Below the pieces are notes generated by a model. It saw nothing but the letters and a program-made list of their open reading frames with translations. It searched no databases and was not told the DNA's origin. From an uncultured Bacilli bacterium (lineage in GTDB: Bacteria; Bacillota_I; Bacilli_A; RF39; UBA660), in assembly GCA_904420615.1 (NCBI GenBank), contig CAJFVY010000038.1, positions 1 through 43,356 of the forward strand: a DNA stretch of 43,356 nucleotides. The letters are read 5' to 3'. A program made the translations under genes and the position numbers. Positions 9,570 to 19,681 of this stretch are shown here, piece after piece (within the stretch, counting starts at the first letter, position 1; every line of letters starts with the position of its first letter).

Positions 9570-10540
9570 TATAAGTGTAATTCTGTATTTCGTGGCATCA
9601 TTTTATCTTGAAACTTTTTAGCAAAAACAAAGGAAGCAGAAACTTGTTTATCTGGTATTTTATCAATTCCTTTTGTTAGCCAAAAAACAGATTCATAGCT
9701 ATTTTTCAATGCAGCGAATAATAGATTAAAGTTTCCATTACATTTTTGAATTAGTTCATGATATGCATTCTCACTAAGCATATTTTCTGGCAATAAAAGA
9801 CGTGGATATTTTTCTTGTTGCCAGTAACGAAAATCTCGATCTACTATTTCTTTTGCAACTTGTTCATCTTGACCATAATTAACAACTACAGCTGAAACAT
9901 TATTTTGTTCTAACATATCTTTTTTATCGTTAAGTAGATTATTATCATCACTAGTAATAATAAAGCGATCTGCTTTTTCTAGTTGTTCATGCATCAATTT
10001 TTGAGCACGATAACTAGAGTCACCTAACCAATCAAAACGATCTACAAATAATGTTACTCTTTTAACATTTAAATGTTCTTTAATAGCATCTATATAAGAT
10101 GTTAAAAAATCATTGACAAGAATATTATTAGTAGCATCTAATCTTATATACTTACAGTGCATAGCCATTACTAATTGTTCTTTTGCTTCTTCTAAGGCTT
10201 GATTTAATCTTTTAAACTTAATCTGTTGATTCCAGCCATAATTAGCACTCACATAACTACGTAATGCCTCAGTTAGTAATAATTCATAATGTTTTGATAA
10301 CTTATCATCACTAAGATTTTCATGTGTTGATAAGTCAGCTCTTACACCAACTGCAATCTCATCTTCTCCTTTTTGTTGTTTTTCATAAGAATGCAAGACT
10401 ACACTCTTACCTCCTCCTCTTGGTCCAGTAAGAACAATGTTATGATCTTGAGCTAAAGATAGTAGCACTTTCTCTACTGGAGCTGGATAAAATGTCATAT
10501 TTCGAATGACTTCATTCGATCTCATTGAATCAAAACTCAT
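9569..10540 (-). CDS. Orphan P-loop NTPase (AAA+/Arch_ATPase-like), function unknown
   Basis: Walker A LTGPRGGGKS, a Walker B-like VTLFVDRFDW and a sensor-like FIITSDD. I chose the ATG at 10540, with AGGAGGG 7 nt upstream, rather than 10600. Confidence 0.6.
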   Translation of the reverse strand: MSFDSMRSNEVIRNMTFYPAPVEKVLLSLAQDHNIVLTGPRGGGKSVVLHSYEKQQKGEDEIAVGVRADLSTHENLSDDKLSKHYELLLTEALRSYVSANYGWNQQIKFKRLNQALEEAKEQLVMAMHCKYIRLDATNNILVNDFLTSYIDAIKEHLNVKRVTLFVDRFDWLGDSSYRAQKLMHEQLEKADRFIITSDDNNLLNDKKDMLEQNNVSAVVVNYGQDEQVAKEIVDRDFRYWQQEKYPRLLLPENMLSENAYHELIQKCNGNFNLLFAALKNSYESVFWLTKGIDKIPDKQVSASFVFAKKFQDKMMPRNTELHL

Positions 10541-10579
10541 TATAACCCTCCTAATAGTTTGTAAGATAACTATAACATA

Positions 10580-10608
10580 ATTATAAGAATTATGGAACAC
10601 ATAAACAA
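10580..10608 (-). promoter_or_regulatory. Sigma-A-type promoter of the P-loop ATPase gene (TTGTTT-17-TATAAT)
   Basis: -35 TTGTTT (10603-10608), a 17-nt spacer and -10 TATAAT (10580-10585), about 40 nt upstream of the ATG at 10540. Confidence 0.5.
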
Positions 10609-10638
10609 AATTTCTTTTTTTCTTTAAATAAAAAAATA

Positions 10639-11094
10639 TTACTCTAAGAAAATCTTTCGAGTAATAAAATTAAATACCATTACTATCACAGTCGCAATAA
10701 TCTTCATCAACATAGCATTAATATGGAATATATCAACGCCAATACTCATAATTATCAGAGTTAAAATAAGACCTATAATACTAAAAACAATAAATAATAT
10801 AAAATTACGTTTAGGATCTTTCTTTTTATTAACATCAAATACCCAACGAACACTTGCTATATAATTATAAATGACAGAAATAGTAAAGGATAAAATAGCA
10901 CTGATGGCATAATGAATATGTAAAATGTCATTAGCTAAATAAAAGACAGCCCAATCAATGATAGTAGCAATTACCCCTACTATACCAAATTTAAAAATCT
11001 GAACAAATAATTTTTCAGTTTTAGGCTTTACTTTAATATGAAAAATAGCTAATACTTTTTTTACAAACTTTGTAGTTTTATCTTCTTTATTCAT
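10639..11094 (-). CDS. GtrA-family membrane protein (putative polyprenyl-phosphate-sugar flippase)
   Basis: 151 aa with 4 TM, 'FKFGIVGVIATIIDWAVFYL' GtrA-like helices and a C-terminal 'NFITRKIF'. It overlaps the upstream GT2 gene by 8 nt (ATGAATAA). Confidence 0.8.
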   Translation of the reverse strand: MNKEDKTTKFVKKVLAIFHIKVKPKTEKLFVQIFKFGIVGVIATIIDWAVFYLANDILHIHYAISAILSFTISVIYNYIASVRWVFDVNKKKDPKRNFILFIVFSIIGLILTLIIMSIGVDIFHINAMLMKIIATVIVMVFNFITRKIFLE

Positions 11095-12046
11095 CTTTAC
11101 CTCGTTTTGTATTAATTAATACAAGTTCAAATAATTGACGATGTTTTTTTACTACAACTTCTAATATTAAGCCACAAACAAACATCAATATTGCAATCAT
11201 CAACATAAATCCAGAAAAGATTAACGTTGGATATCTTGGAACAAGACCTGTTCTAAAGTATTCTACAAATACTGGTACTCCAAATATTAGAGCAATGATT
11301 AAAAATATTAAACTAACAAAGCTAAAGAAAAGAGTTGGTTTATATTCTTTAAATAGACGAGCAATTGTCTTTAAAACCCTAAGCCCATCACTATAAGTAT
11401 TTAACTTAGAAACACTACCAGCTGGACGATCACGGTATCCTACTGCAACTTCTTTTAATAAGAAATTCTTATCAAGAGCATGAATTGTCATTTCTGTTTC
11501 AATTTCAAATCCCTTAGATAGTACTGGAAAAGTTTTAACGAAATCATAACTAAATGCCCGATATCCCGTCATAATATCTCTCACATTACTCTTAAATAAT
11601 TTGTTAATTAAGCCCCTTACTAATTTATTACCAAAATTATGAAATGGTCTTTTATTTTCTGTAAAATAGGTAGAAGATAAACGATCTCCTATCACCATAT
11701 CTGCTTTACCTTCAAGAATAAGATTGCACATTTCTCTTGCATTTTCAGCAGGATAAGTATCATCGCCATCAATCATTAAATAGCAATCAGCATCAATCTC
11801 TTTAAACATACTACGAATAACATTCCCTTTACCCTGCTTATATTCATATTTTACAATAGCCCCTGCTTTTCTTGCAATCTCATCTGTACCATCAGTTGAG
11901 TTATTATCATATACATAAATATCAGCTTCTGGTAACACTTTCTTATAATCTTTTACAACCTTTTCTACTGTTTTACTCTCATTATAACATGGAATTAATA
12001 CAACTATTTTTTTGTCTTTAAATAAATCATTTTTGTTTTTTTTCAT
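11087..12046 (-). CDS. GT2 polyprenyl-phosphate glycosyltransferase (GtrB/CsbB/DPM1-like) with two C-terminal TM helices
   Basis: VLIPCYNES, a DNNSTDGT motif, a DGDDTYP (DxD) motif and two C-terminal TM segments typical of GtrB-like enzymes. Confidence 0.85.
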   Translation of the reverse strand: MKKNKNDLFKDKKIVVLIPCYNESKTVEKVVKDYKKVLPEADIYVYDNNSTDGTDEIARKAGAIVKYEYKQGKGNVIRSMFKEIDADCYLMIDGDDTYPAENAREMCNLILEGKADMVIGDRLSSTYFTENKRPFHNFGNKLVRGLINKLFKSNVRDIMTGYRAFSYDFVKTFPVLSKGFEIETEMTIHALDKNFLLKEVAVGYRDRPAGSVSKLNTYSDGLRVLKTIARLFKEYKPTLFFSFVSLIFLIIALIFGVPVFVEYFRTGLVPRYPTLIFSGFMLMIAILMFVCGLILEVVVKKHRQLFELVLINTKRGKDE

Positions 12047-12117
12047 TTTACTTTACCTCTTCATGATATATATTTCTCTTTCTTTCATAATAACATAACC
12101 AAAACTAACCTGCAATA

Positions 12118-13722
12118 TTAAATTGCAAAACAAACAATCATTTGTAATAGTACAAAAATATGAAGTAAAAGACTACCTTCTAGTAAATAATTATTATCTT
12201 GTAACTTCAATTTTAATTTTGACTTATTACCTATTAGAATCACACATAATACAAAAGCTAAATAATACCGTCCTTGTAAACCAACGATTTGTGGATTATC
12301 AACCGCAATAAAATTACTAGTGCATTGAATATAAATAGCAGTAGACAGTAATGCTAATACTCCTAATAATAATATACCAGTGAATACTTGATTTTTAACA
12401 GATAATTGTGTATTTTCGTACTTCTTATCTTTTTCTTTAATAAAGAACGAAATAATAACAATAATGATATAAGCAATAGAAATAAAACTATATACTGGCA
12501 ATTGAGAATGATACATATTAGTTCCAGCAAAAACATTTAATAATAAATTATTAAATTGTGACATATAAGTTCTAAATACAACTACAAAATAATCTAATAT
12601 GTTACCTAAAATATGTTCCTTTTGAACCGCTGTATTAACATAATAAGCATCAAAATATCTATTAGTAACTTGCATCCATAATAATCCAATAACACAACTA
12701 ATAACTATACAAGATAGTGTAAAAATTAATTTTTCCTTTTTAGATTTAAAATTATTAGATGATAGTAAAAATAATAAAAAGACAAATGGCAAATAAACAA
12801 TTTTACAAGCTGCTAAGAGAATACTTAAAACAAAATAAATAATTTTTTCATGAGTCTTTAAAGGAGTATTTTTATAACGATTATAAACGATCATCGTCAA
12901 GAATCCAAAAACAATCGCATTTAGAAAAGCATCAGCAGATAAAGTCGTAGCATTGGATAAAAGAACTGGTGATAGCAAAACCAACATTGCAAAAGTCTTT
13001 AACCGAGGTAATTTTTTTAAGAAAAATGTACAAATAGCTACATATGAAATTAAATTAAATAATCTTCCAAATTCTCCCATCCAAAATGGACCTAAGTTTA
13101 ATATTTTAGCAATCATAAAACCAATCACTTGAGGCAAATACTGAATAGGACAATATAGTGCTGTATTTGAATACTCGGTTGCATATTCTGTACCATATTG
13201 CATTACATTTTCTTCTTCTAAATCAACCTTCATCATATCTATTTCATCACTATACTTAATCATCGTATTGCGATTCACAGTTTCTTGTTCATTATTGGTA
13301 AAAGTGGTAACTAATGATTCTGGCAATTGATCTCCTACTATATCATTTTCTTGAACTGGTGTAATAAAATTACCCGTAGTTATTTCATAAATTCTATAAT
13401 AATGATTATGTTCATCACTACCTGTAAAAAGAGGAGATCCGACTAAATACATACTACCAAAGGTAAGAGCAATAATTGCAAAAACTATATGATGAGATAA
13501 CTTTTTATGTTTTATAAACTTAATAATTATTAAGAAAATAATAAAAATGACAATCCCAATAATAGCAATTCCTATTAAATATTTATTAGATGTAATACCT
13601 TGATCATTCAATTTTTCTTTCAAATCAAATATTGATAATAATAACATCAATAAAAAAGCAATGATATAATAGAAATATCTATTCTTAAATATATTAGTCA
13701 ATTTTTTTAACTTTTCTTTCAT
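12118..13722 (-). CDS. Polytopic membrane protein, DUF2142-like (GT-C-type glycosyltransferase candidate)
   Basis: 534 aa with about 12 TM. The extracytoplasmic loop motif 'GSPLFTGSDEHNHYYRIYEIT' resembles the DUF2142 signature. RBS is GGAGGA. Confidence 0.65.
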   Translation of the reverse strand: MKEKLKKLTNIFKNRYFYYIIAFLLMLLLSIFDLKEKLNDQGITSNKYLIGIAIIGIVIFIIFLIIIKFIKHKKLSHHIVFAIIALTFGSMYLVGSPLFTGSDEHNHYYRIYEITTGNFITPVQENDIVGDQLPESLVTTFTNNEQETVNRNTMIKYSDEIDMMKVDLEEENVMQYGTEYATEYSNTALYCPIQYLPQVIGFMIAKILNLGPFWMGEFGRLFNLISYVAICTFFLKKLPRLKTFAMLVLLSPVLLSNATTLSADAFLNAIVFGFLTMIVYNRYKNTPLKTHEKIIYFVLSILLAACKIVYLPFVFLLFLLSSNNFKSKKEKLIFTLSCIVISCVIGLLWMQVTNRYFDAYYVNTAVQKEHILGNILDYFVVVFRTYMSQFNNLLLNVFAGTNMYHSQLPVYSFISIAYIIIVIISFFIKEKDKKYENTQLSVKNQVFTGILLLGVLALLSTAIYIQCTSNFIAVDNPQIVGLQGRYYLAFVLCVILIGNKSKLKLKLQDNNYLLEGSLLLHIFVLLQMIVCFAI

Positions 13723-15064
13723 TTTTATCCTCCATCTTTTTCCAAATTACTACCAGTAAAAAATAAAAAATTAAAATATTAGCATATAAATAACGCACAT
13801 CATGAATAGGATTAGAAACTGCAACTATTAAAATATTTAATAAATTAGGTAAAACGATAAGTAAAGTTCTATAACAGAATTTATTAAATAAGAGCAACAT
13901 TATTATAATACTTAAATAAAAGTAAAAGGCAGGACTATAAAGAACCGTTTTCATAAATGAGTTATTTAATGTCTTATTTATTTGTGAATTAATTGTTTGA
14001 TATAAATTACTATTAAGATGATATGGTTTTAAATTATCATAGTTATTAGTACTACTAATATCAGTACTAAAAATCAATCCATAACCATCATCAGGAAATA
14101 TTGGATTCCAAATAAATGCTGTAGATGCTCCTGCAAATCTTATAAACATATCAGGATATTTAAGACTATATTTAAAGCATAATTTAATCATTTCCCATTC
14201 ATTTTCTTGATATTTCTCATGATCAATTGTACGATATGTATTATCAGAGAAAGTTGCATTATATTCTTGCTTTAATTCATCTATATCTGCTATTTCAGAA
14301 ATACTTTTCATATCCTCGGAAGTAATTTTATCTTTTGTTAAAAAATAAGATAAATATTGCATCACTTTAGGCTCTATTGCGTCTTTTTCATTATCTTCAA
14401 CATGATAAATTACATCTAAAGAAGAAATCAATAAAATAGCACCTATGGTTATGAATGGAACTTTAATAAACATATAACTAGTTTTATTTTTTTTATAAAA
14501 ATATACAATTAAAACAACTAATAAAATCATTACTACAAAAATACCATTAGATCTAATTTTAGCTAAAAAAGCTAAAGATAATCCTATAATAAATGCAAAA
14601 GAAGTAGTCCATTTAATTTTATTTTCTAAAATAAGTTGTATTAAAAAACATACTAATAATAAACTATAACTAAATAAAATATCCTTCCAAAGTGTTATAG
14701 AATATAAGAAATTAATAGGATTTACACAAATTATTACTGTTAATATAATTTGAAATATAAAATTTCTAGTACTTTGTTTCCCTCTATTATATTTACATAT
14801 CACGGTCCATAAAAAAGAAAAAAATAGTATTTGAAAAATGCCAATTATCATTGGATTATTCCATATTTTCAATAACAGCATCTCAATAAAGGTATGAAAA
14901 AAAGGATGCCAGTTGGTAAACTGTAACGACGATATTTGGTGTAATTGGTTATATGAATCATATGTTAATATCCCGGGTGCAAAAATATAAAGAAAAAATA
15001 GTAATATTCCGCAACTAATAAGAAAAATAATTATGTCTTCTTTTTTGATACTCTTAATTTTCAT
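13694..15064 (-). CDS. Second polytopic membrane protein, GT-C/DUF6020-like candidate
   Basis: About 12 TM, with a first-loop motif 'PGILTYDSYNQLHQISSLQFTNWHPFFHT'. The start is ambiguous: ATG at 15064 or GTG at 15109. It overlaps neighbours at both ends. Confidence 0.5.
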   Translation of the reverse strand: MKIKSIKKEDIIIFLISCGILLFFLYIFAPGILTYDSYNQLHQISSLQFTNWHPFFHTFIEMLLLKIWNNPMIIGIFQILFFSFLWTVICKYNRGKQSTRNFIFQIILTVIICVNPINFLYSITLWKDILFSYSLLLVCFLIQLILENKIKWTTSFAFIIGLSLAFLAKIRSNGIFVVMILLVVLIVYFYKKNKTSYMFIKVPFITIGAILLISSLDVIYHVEDNEKDAIEPKVMQYLSYFLTKDKITSEDMKSISEIADIDELKQEYNATFSDNTYRTIDHEKYQENEWEMIKLCFKYSLKYPDMFIRFAGASTAFIWNPIFPDDGYGLIFSTDISSTNNYDNLKPYHLNSNLYQTINSQINKTLNNSFMKTVLYSPAFYFYLSIIIMLLLFNKFCYRTLLIVLPNLLNILIVAVSNPIHDVRYLYANILIFYFLLVVIWKKMEDKNERKVKKID

Positions 15065-15905
15065 ATGGATAAGGGCCTTTCTTTCCTTTTTTAAAATCTC
15101 GATATCCACGATACATATTTCTTACTTTGCGATATTTATCTTTTTCGAATAATATAATATTCATAAGTTGACCACGTAATCCTCTTTTTAAGAAAGAACA
15201 GTAGTCTGGAAAATATTCTTTATATAAACTACAAACATAAAATGTATTTCTAACCATATAATATCTTCTAATATAATTATGATTGCTACAAACAAAATCT
15301 CTATGAAAATGATGTTTAACACATATATCTCCTAAATGATGTAATAATTCTATTTCGTTTAAGCGAGCTATATCGTAGTTATGAACATGAAGATTCATAC
15401 AATATTCTATATCAATACAATCAATAAATAACCACTCTTTAAAGCCACCTACTACTTTAAAAGCAGAAAGATTAATAATATTACCAGAAGTCATAACTTC
15501 TAACGGATGATCAATCTTTTCTTTTGGCTTTTTTACACCTGTATTTATAATATGCCAAGGACAAATTAATCCTAATTTGTCAGTGTTGTTTTTTTCTAGA
15601 TACTCTAGCATCTTTTTAATCTTAGTATTTACAAATTTGCTATCCTGGTCCATAGTAAGTAACCACTCAAAATCATCAGCTATAGCTCTTTTAGCTGCAT
15701 CATTTAATGCATAAGCTACTCCTTTATTTTCACCATATGATATGTATACTAATTTCTTACTGTTGGGTAATTTTTTTTTATTATCACTATGAGGAGAATT
15801 ATCAATAACGTATAGTTTTTTCAAACTCGATAAATATGACTCAATATTTTCTTTTATACCATCATCTGGTTGATATAAAACAACAACACCAGCCAGCTTA
15901 ATCAT
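15054..15905 (-). CDS. GT2 glycosyltransferase (rhamnosyl/glycosyl transferase-like)
   Basis: VVVLYQPD, VIDNSP and a LLTMDQDS (DxD-like) motif in 283 aa. RBS is AGGAGGGG. Confidence 0.8.
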   Translation of the reverse strand: MIKLAGVVVLYQPDDGIKENIESYLSSLKKLYVIDNSPHSDNKKKLPNSKKLVYISYGENKGVAYALNDAAKRAIADDFEWLLTMDQDSKFVNTKIKKMLEYLEKNNTDKLGLICPWHIINTGVKKPKEKIDHPLEVMTSGNIINLSAFKVVGGFKEWLFIDCIDIEYCMNLHVHNYDIARLNEIELLHHLGDICVKHHFHRDFVCSNHNYIRRYYMVRNTFYVCSLYKEYFPDYCSFLKRGLRGQLMNIILFEKDKYRKVRNMYRGYRDFKKGKKGPYPYEN

Positions 15906-18117
15906 TTTTACCCCTCCTAAATATTTTTTTAATTCGTGTTGGTATTTTTATTTTAGAAATCAATCTCCATTTTAAAGTATCAAACACCCAAGAATAATCA
16001 GCGTAAGAAACATAACTAACATAGGAGTCGTTCTTTCTAATCGCTTTACTAATCCAATCCCCATTTATTACTCTTTTAGATTTTTCTATCTCATTATAAA
16101 GTTTATCATAATCTTTACACATTTCTGATACAGTACGAATCTTATATTTAGCAATACTTTCTATTTTTTCTTCATAATCTTTAGGATTACTTAGTATTTC
16201 ATTGATCTTATCTAACACCGCCTGTGCTCTATCTGTTTGATTTAAATCAACAACCCATCCCAAGTTATCTTTTTCAACTCTTTCTTTTAGAGCACCACCT
16301 ACATTACTGACTAAAACAGGAATGCCACAAGCAATAGCCTCTGTTAAAGTATAAGAGTATGTCTCAGGACAAATAGATAATAAACAAATTAATTTAATAT
16401 TATTTTCTCGCAATAAAGAAGGCAGTTCTTCTCTTTTATATTGACCATGATCCGTAATTTTTTTTAACATTTTTTTAGTAAAAATACGATCAAATTTACC
16501 AAATAAATGCAATTTAAAATTAGTTACTCTTTTTTCAGTTAAAATATCATATAAAATATCACTACCTTTTATAACTCCTATTGCACCTAGAAAAGCAACT
16601 TGAAACTGTTCATTTTGATCATTAATATTTAATTTTCCGTTTACTTTTTTTATATCTATCCCATGCTCGATAATTTGTATTTTTAAATCTTTAAACGTCT
16701 TCTTTATTTCTTCTTTACAACTTTCTGTAGGAGCTATAATATGATTGCTTACATTGAATAAATCTTGCCACATACCACGCCAATCTTGTATCATATTTTG
16801 TTTGAAATTCAAGGTACGAGCTAAGCATTCTCGACATTGTTCGATCGTTCCTTCCCCGCAATAAGACTTATGACAATACATTTTATTTGTTAATGGACAA
16901 ACACTATAAAAATCATGTAATGAAACAGTCGTCCATAAATGATACTTTTTTATTATCTCTACCAAATCAAAATAGTGATACATCATATGATGAACATGAA
17001 TTCCATCAATAGCAAAATTCTTAACAATTTCTTCTACTATATTATAATAGTCATTATTGTATGACTGATAACTTCTACTATCATAAAAATGAGGAAAAGT
17101 TAAATGACTTACCGAATTAGTCCAATAAGAAGTCAAATGATATGTATTATCAACAGGAGCTAATACATGAAAGTTATATTTATGACGTAATTTTTTTATA
17201 ATATCATAAACATGCAATGTCGTACCACCTAAATGATTTTCAACATCATGAAAATCATGAATGATAATTAAAATATTTCGCTTTAGATTTTTTTTGTCCC
17301 TCATCGCAAAGGCTATATTATCACCTATATACTTTAATGGAAAAGCTCTACACCAAGCATTTAATCTTTCAGTATAAACAGGATATCTTTTTTTTAAAGC
17401 TTCTTCACCTGAGTGCATTAATGCTATTTTACTATCCGAAAAAGACTGTGATTCTTTATGAAAAACATAAGCATTATCACATAAAAGATGGCGATAACCA
17501 CAATCAAGGCATCTAAAACAAAAATCATTTTCTTCACCATAACCTTTGCCAAAGGTTACTTCATCAAAATATCCTAATTTATTTAAAACGTCTCTTTTTA
17601 TATATAGACAGAATCCATGACCAGTTGGTAAATCAGGATAAGAAAAATAGGAACATTCATCTACAATTTTGGCCATATCGTTAATAGTTAGACTATTTGG
17701 TAACTCATTTTTTTTAAAAGGAACAGGAACACTAGCCATAGTAGCATTATTAGATAATGGAGTTACTGTAGCAATTTTAGGGCCACTATAAGCACACTTT
17801 TTTATATAATCTAACCAATTAGGGGTAACAACTGTATCAGAATTCAATAATAATACATCATTCTTATCCGATAATTGCATCCCAACATTCACAGTACCTA
17901 CAAAACCCTTATTTTCAGTATTTTCAAGCACAATTAAATCTTTATATTTTTTCTTATATTTATTTAATAATGGCATAATTCTATCATCAGTGCTTTTATC
18001 ATTAATTAAAATCAGCCTATTTTCTTTTAAATCAGTATATTTCAATACAGATTCAACACATTCAATTACACATTCATATGCATTATAAATGGGAACGATT
18101 ACATCACATTTTGTCAT
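15898..18117 (-). CDS. Two-domain glycosyltransferase: N-terminal GT2 plus C-terminal GT4/GT-B-like (polymerase candidate)
   Basis: The N-terminus has DVIVPIYNAYE, INDKSTD, LLNSDT and a YGEENDF motif (GT2). The C-terminal half has 'ETYSYTLTEAIACGIPVLVSNVGG' (GT4 E-x7-E region). I chose the ATG at 18117 with GAAGAGGTG upstream. Confidence 0.8.
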   Translation of the reverse strand: MTKCDVIVPIYNAYECVIECVESVLKYTDLKENRLILINDKSTDDRIMPLLNKYKKKYKDLIVLENTENKGFVGTVNVGMQLSDKNDVLLLNSDTVVTPNWLDYIKKCAYSGPKIATVTPLSNNATMASVPVPFKKNELPNSLTINDMAKIVDECSYFSYPDLPTGHGFCLYIKRDVLNKLGYFDEVTFGKGYGEENDFCFRCLDCGYRHLLCDNAYVFHKESQSFSDSKIALMHSGEEALKKRYPVYTERLNAWCRAFPLKYIGDNIAFAMRDKKNLKRNILIIIHDFHDVENHLGGTTLHVYDIIKKLRHKYNFHVLAPVDNTYHLTSYWTNSVSHLTFPHFYDSRSYQSYNNDYYNIVEEIVKNFAIDGIHVHHMMYHYFDLVEIIKKYHLWTTVSLHDFYSVCPLTNKMYCHKSYCGEGTIEQCRECLARTLNFKQNMIQDWRGMWQDLFNVSNHIIAPTESCKEEIKKTFKDLKIQIIEHGIDIKKVNGKLNINDQNEQFQVAFLGAIGVIKGSDILYDILTEKRVTNFKLHLFGKFDRIFTKKMLKKITDHGQYKREELPSLLRENNIKLICLLSICPETYSYTLTEAIACGIPVLVSNVGGALKERVEKDNLGWVVDLNQTDRAQAVLDKINEILSNPKDYEEKIESIAKYKIRTVSEMCKDYDKLYNEIEKSKRVINGDWISKAIRKNDSYVSYVSYADYSWVFDTLKWRLISKIKIPTRIKKIFRRGKND

Positions 18118-18118
18118 T

Positions 18119-18886
18119 TTACACCTCTTCTGCAAATCCTTTTTCTAATTTCTTAAATATTTTAATTCCTATAAATAATAAAATAATACTAAAAGCTAAG
18201 ACACCAAATAATTGAACAAAATTTGGTAATTGGTGATAATATAGAATATCCCTATAACTGTTAATAATAACAGCTAATGGATTTAGGTTTAGTACCCAAG
18301 CAATACTCCGCGGGAATAAGTCTGCTGAATATATAATAGGTGTTGCATAAAAAAGCATATTTACAATAAAGTTAATAATATATTCTGCATCACGTACATA
18401 GACATTAATAGCACTAGTAATAAATACTAACCCCAAAGTAAATATATACTGAGCCAAAATAACTAGAGGAAAAACAATTAATGTTAAGCTAAATCCAATT
18501 CCTGAAAAAATCAAAAATATAGCAATAATTAAACAACCAATTACAAAATTAACTAATGCACTAGTTACCACAGAAATTGGTAAAATCTCACGTGGAAAAT
18601 AAACTTTTTTAATAATACCTCCATTAGCAATAACGGTAGTCGTACCTTGAGATATTGCAGTCGTAAAAAAAGTCCACGGTATGATACCAATAATCAAAAA
18701 TGTTACATAATGTGGTTGTGTACTCTTTAAAATAAGTGGAAAAACAATCGCATATACTAAAACACTTAATAACGGATTCACAAAAGACCATAATATTCCA
18801 AGAAAAGAACCTTTATATTTTCCTCTTATTTCTTTTCTTATATTACTTTTTAATAATTCACGATAATGATATAATTCTTTAATCAT
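18119..18886 (-). CDS. ABC-2 type polysaccharide/teichoic-acid export permease (Wzm/TagG-like)
   Basis: 255 aa with 6 TM and an ABC-2 permease N-terminus 'YRELLKSNIRKEIRGKYKGSFLGILWSFVNPLL'. Confidence 0.85.
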   Translation of the reverse strand: MIKELYHYRELLKSNIRKEIRGKYKGSFLGILWSFVNPLLSVLVYAIVFPLILKSTQPHYVTFLIIGIIPWTFFTTAISQGTTTVIANGGIIKKVYFPREILPISVVTSALVNFVIGCLIIAIFLIFSGIGFSLTLIVFPLVILAQYIFTLGLVFITSAINVYVRDAEYIINFIVNMLFYATPIIYSADLFPRSIAWVLNLNPLAVIINSYRDILYYHQLPNFVQLFGVLAFSIILLFIGIKIFKKLEKGFAEEV

Positions 18887-18895
18887 AATACACCT

Positions 18896-19636
18896 CTACC
18901 CACATACTTTTAAGTATTCATCAACTACTTTGTTTGCTTCATCATCCATTCTGATTTTGCCATCATAAAGCCAAACAGCACGATCGCATAAATTTCTAAC
19001 GGAGTTTAAATTATGCGTAACAATAACAATAGTTCGATCACTTTTCTTTAATTGTTCTAATTTTTTAAAACATTTATCTTGAAAGTGTTGATCACCAACA
19101 GCCAAAATTTCGTCAATCAATAAGATTTCTGCATCTACATTGATAGCTATAGAAAAAGCAAGTCTCATATATTGCCCAGAAGAATAAGTTCTAACAGGAT
19201 TATCAATAAACTCTTCTAATTCAGAAAAACTTAATATTTCATTGAATCTAGCATCTATTTCTCTAGCAGAAAGGCCAAAAATGGCAGCATTGAAATATAT
19301 ATTCTCTCTACCAGTAAAATCAGGATGAAATCCAGCTCCTAATTCCAAAAGGGAAGTTAACTTACCATGAGTTTTAATACTCCCTTCCGTTGGATAAATA
19401 ATCTTAGTCATTAATTTTAATAAAGTTGACTTACCACTACCATTAGTACCAATTAAAGCTACAGTTTCCCCTTTTTTTATTTTCAAGTTAATATCATTTA
19501 ATACAACTCTTTCTTCAGTTTTAGTTTTATTCCAAAATACTAATCTTTCTTTTAAAGTAGCAGCCTTATCATAATATATCTTAAACTTTTTTACTACATG
19601 CTCTACTTCGATTGCATAATCTGTTTTTTTGACCAT
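18896..19636 (-). CDS. ABC export ATPase (Wzt/TagH-like), nucleotide-binding domain only
   Basis: Walker A GTNGSGKST, signature SSGQYMRLAF and Walker B LLIDEILAVGD. At 246 aa it has no C-terminal carbohydrate-binding extension. Confidence 0.88.
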   Translation of the reverse strand: MVKKTDYAIEVEHVVKKFKIYYDKAATLKERLVFWNKTKTEERVVLNDINLKIKKGETVALIGTNGSGKSTLLKLMTKIIYPTEGSIKTHGKLTSLLELGAGFHPDFTGRENIYFNAAIFGLSAREIDARFNEILSFSELEEFIDNPVRTYSSGQYMRLAFSIAINVDAEILLIDEILAVGDQHFQDKCFKKLEQLKKSDRTIVIVTHNLNSVRNLCDRAVWLYDGKIRMDDEANKVVDEYLKVCG

Positions 19637-19681
19637 GTTAACACCTCGTTCTTTCTGTATAAATTTAAATATTGTTCAAAA

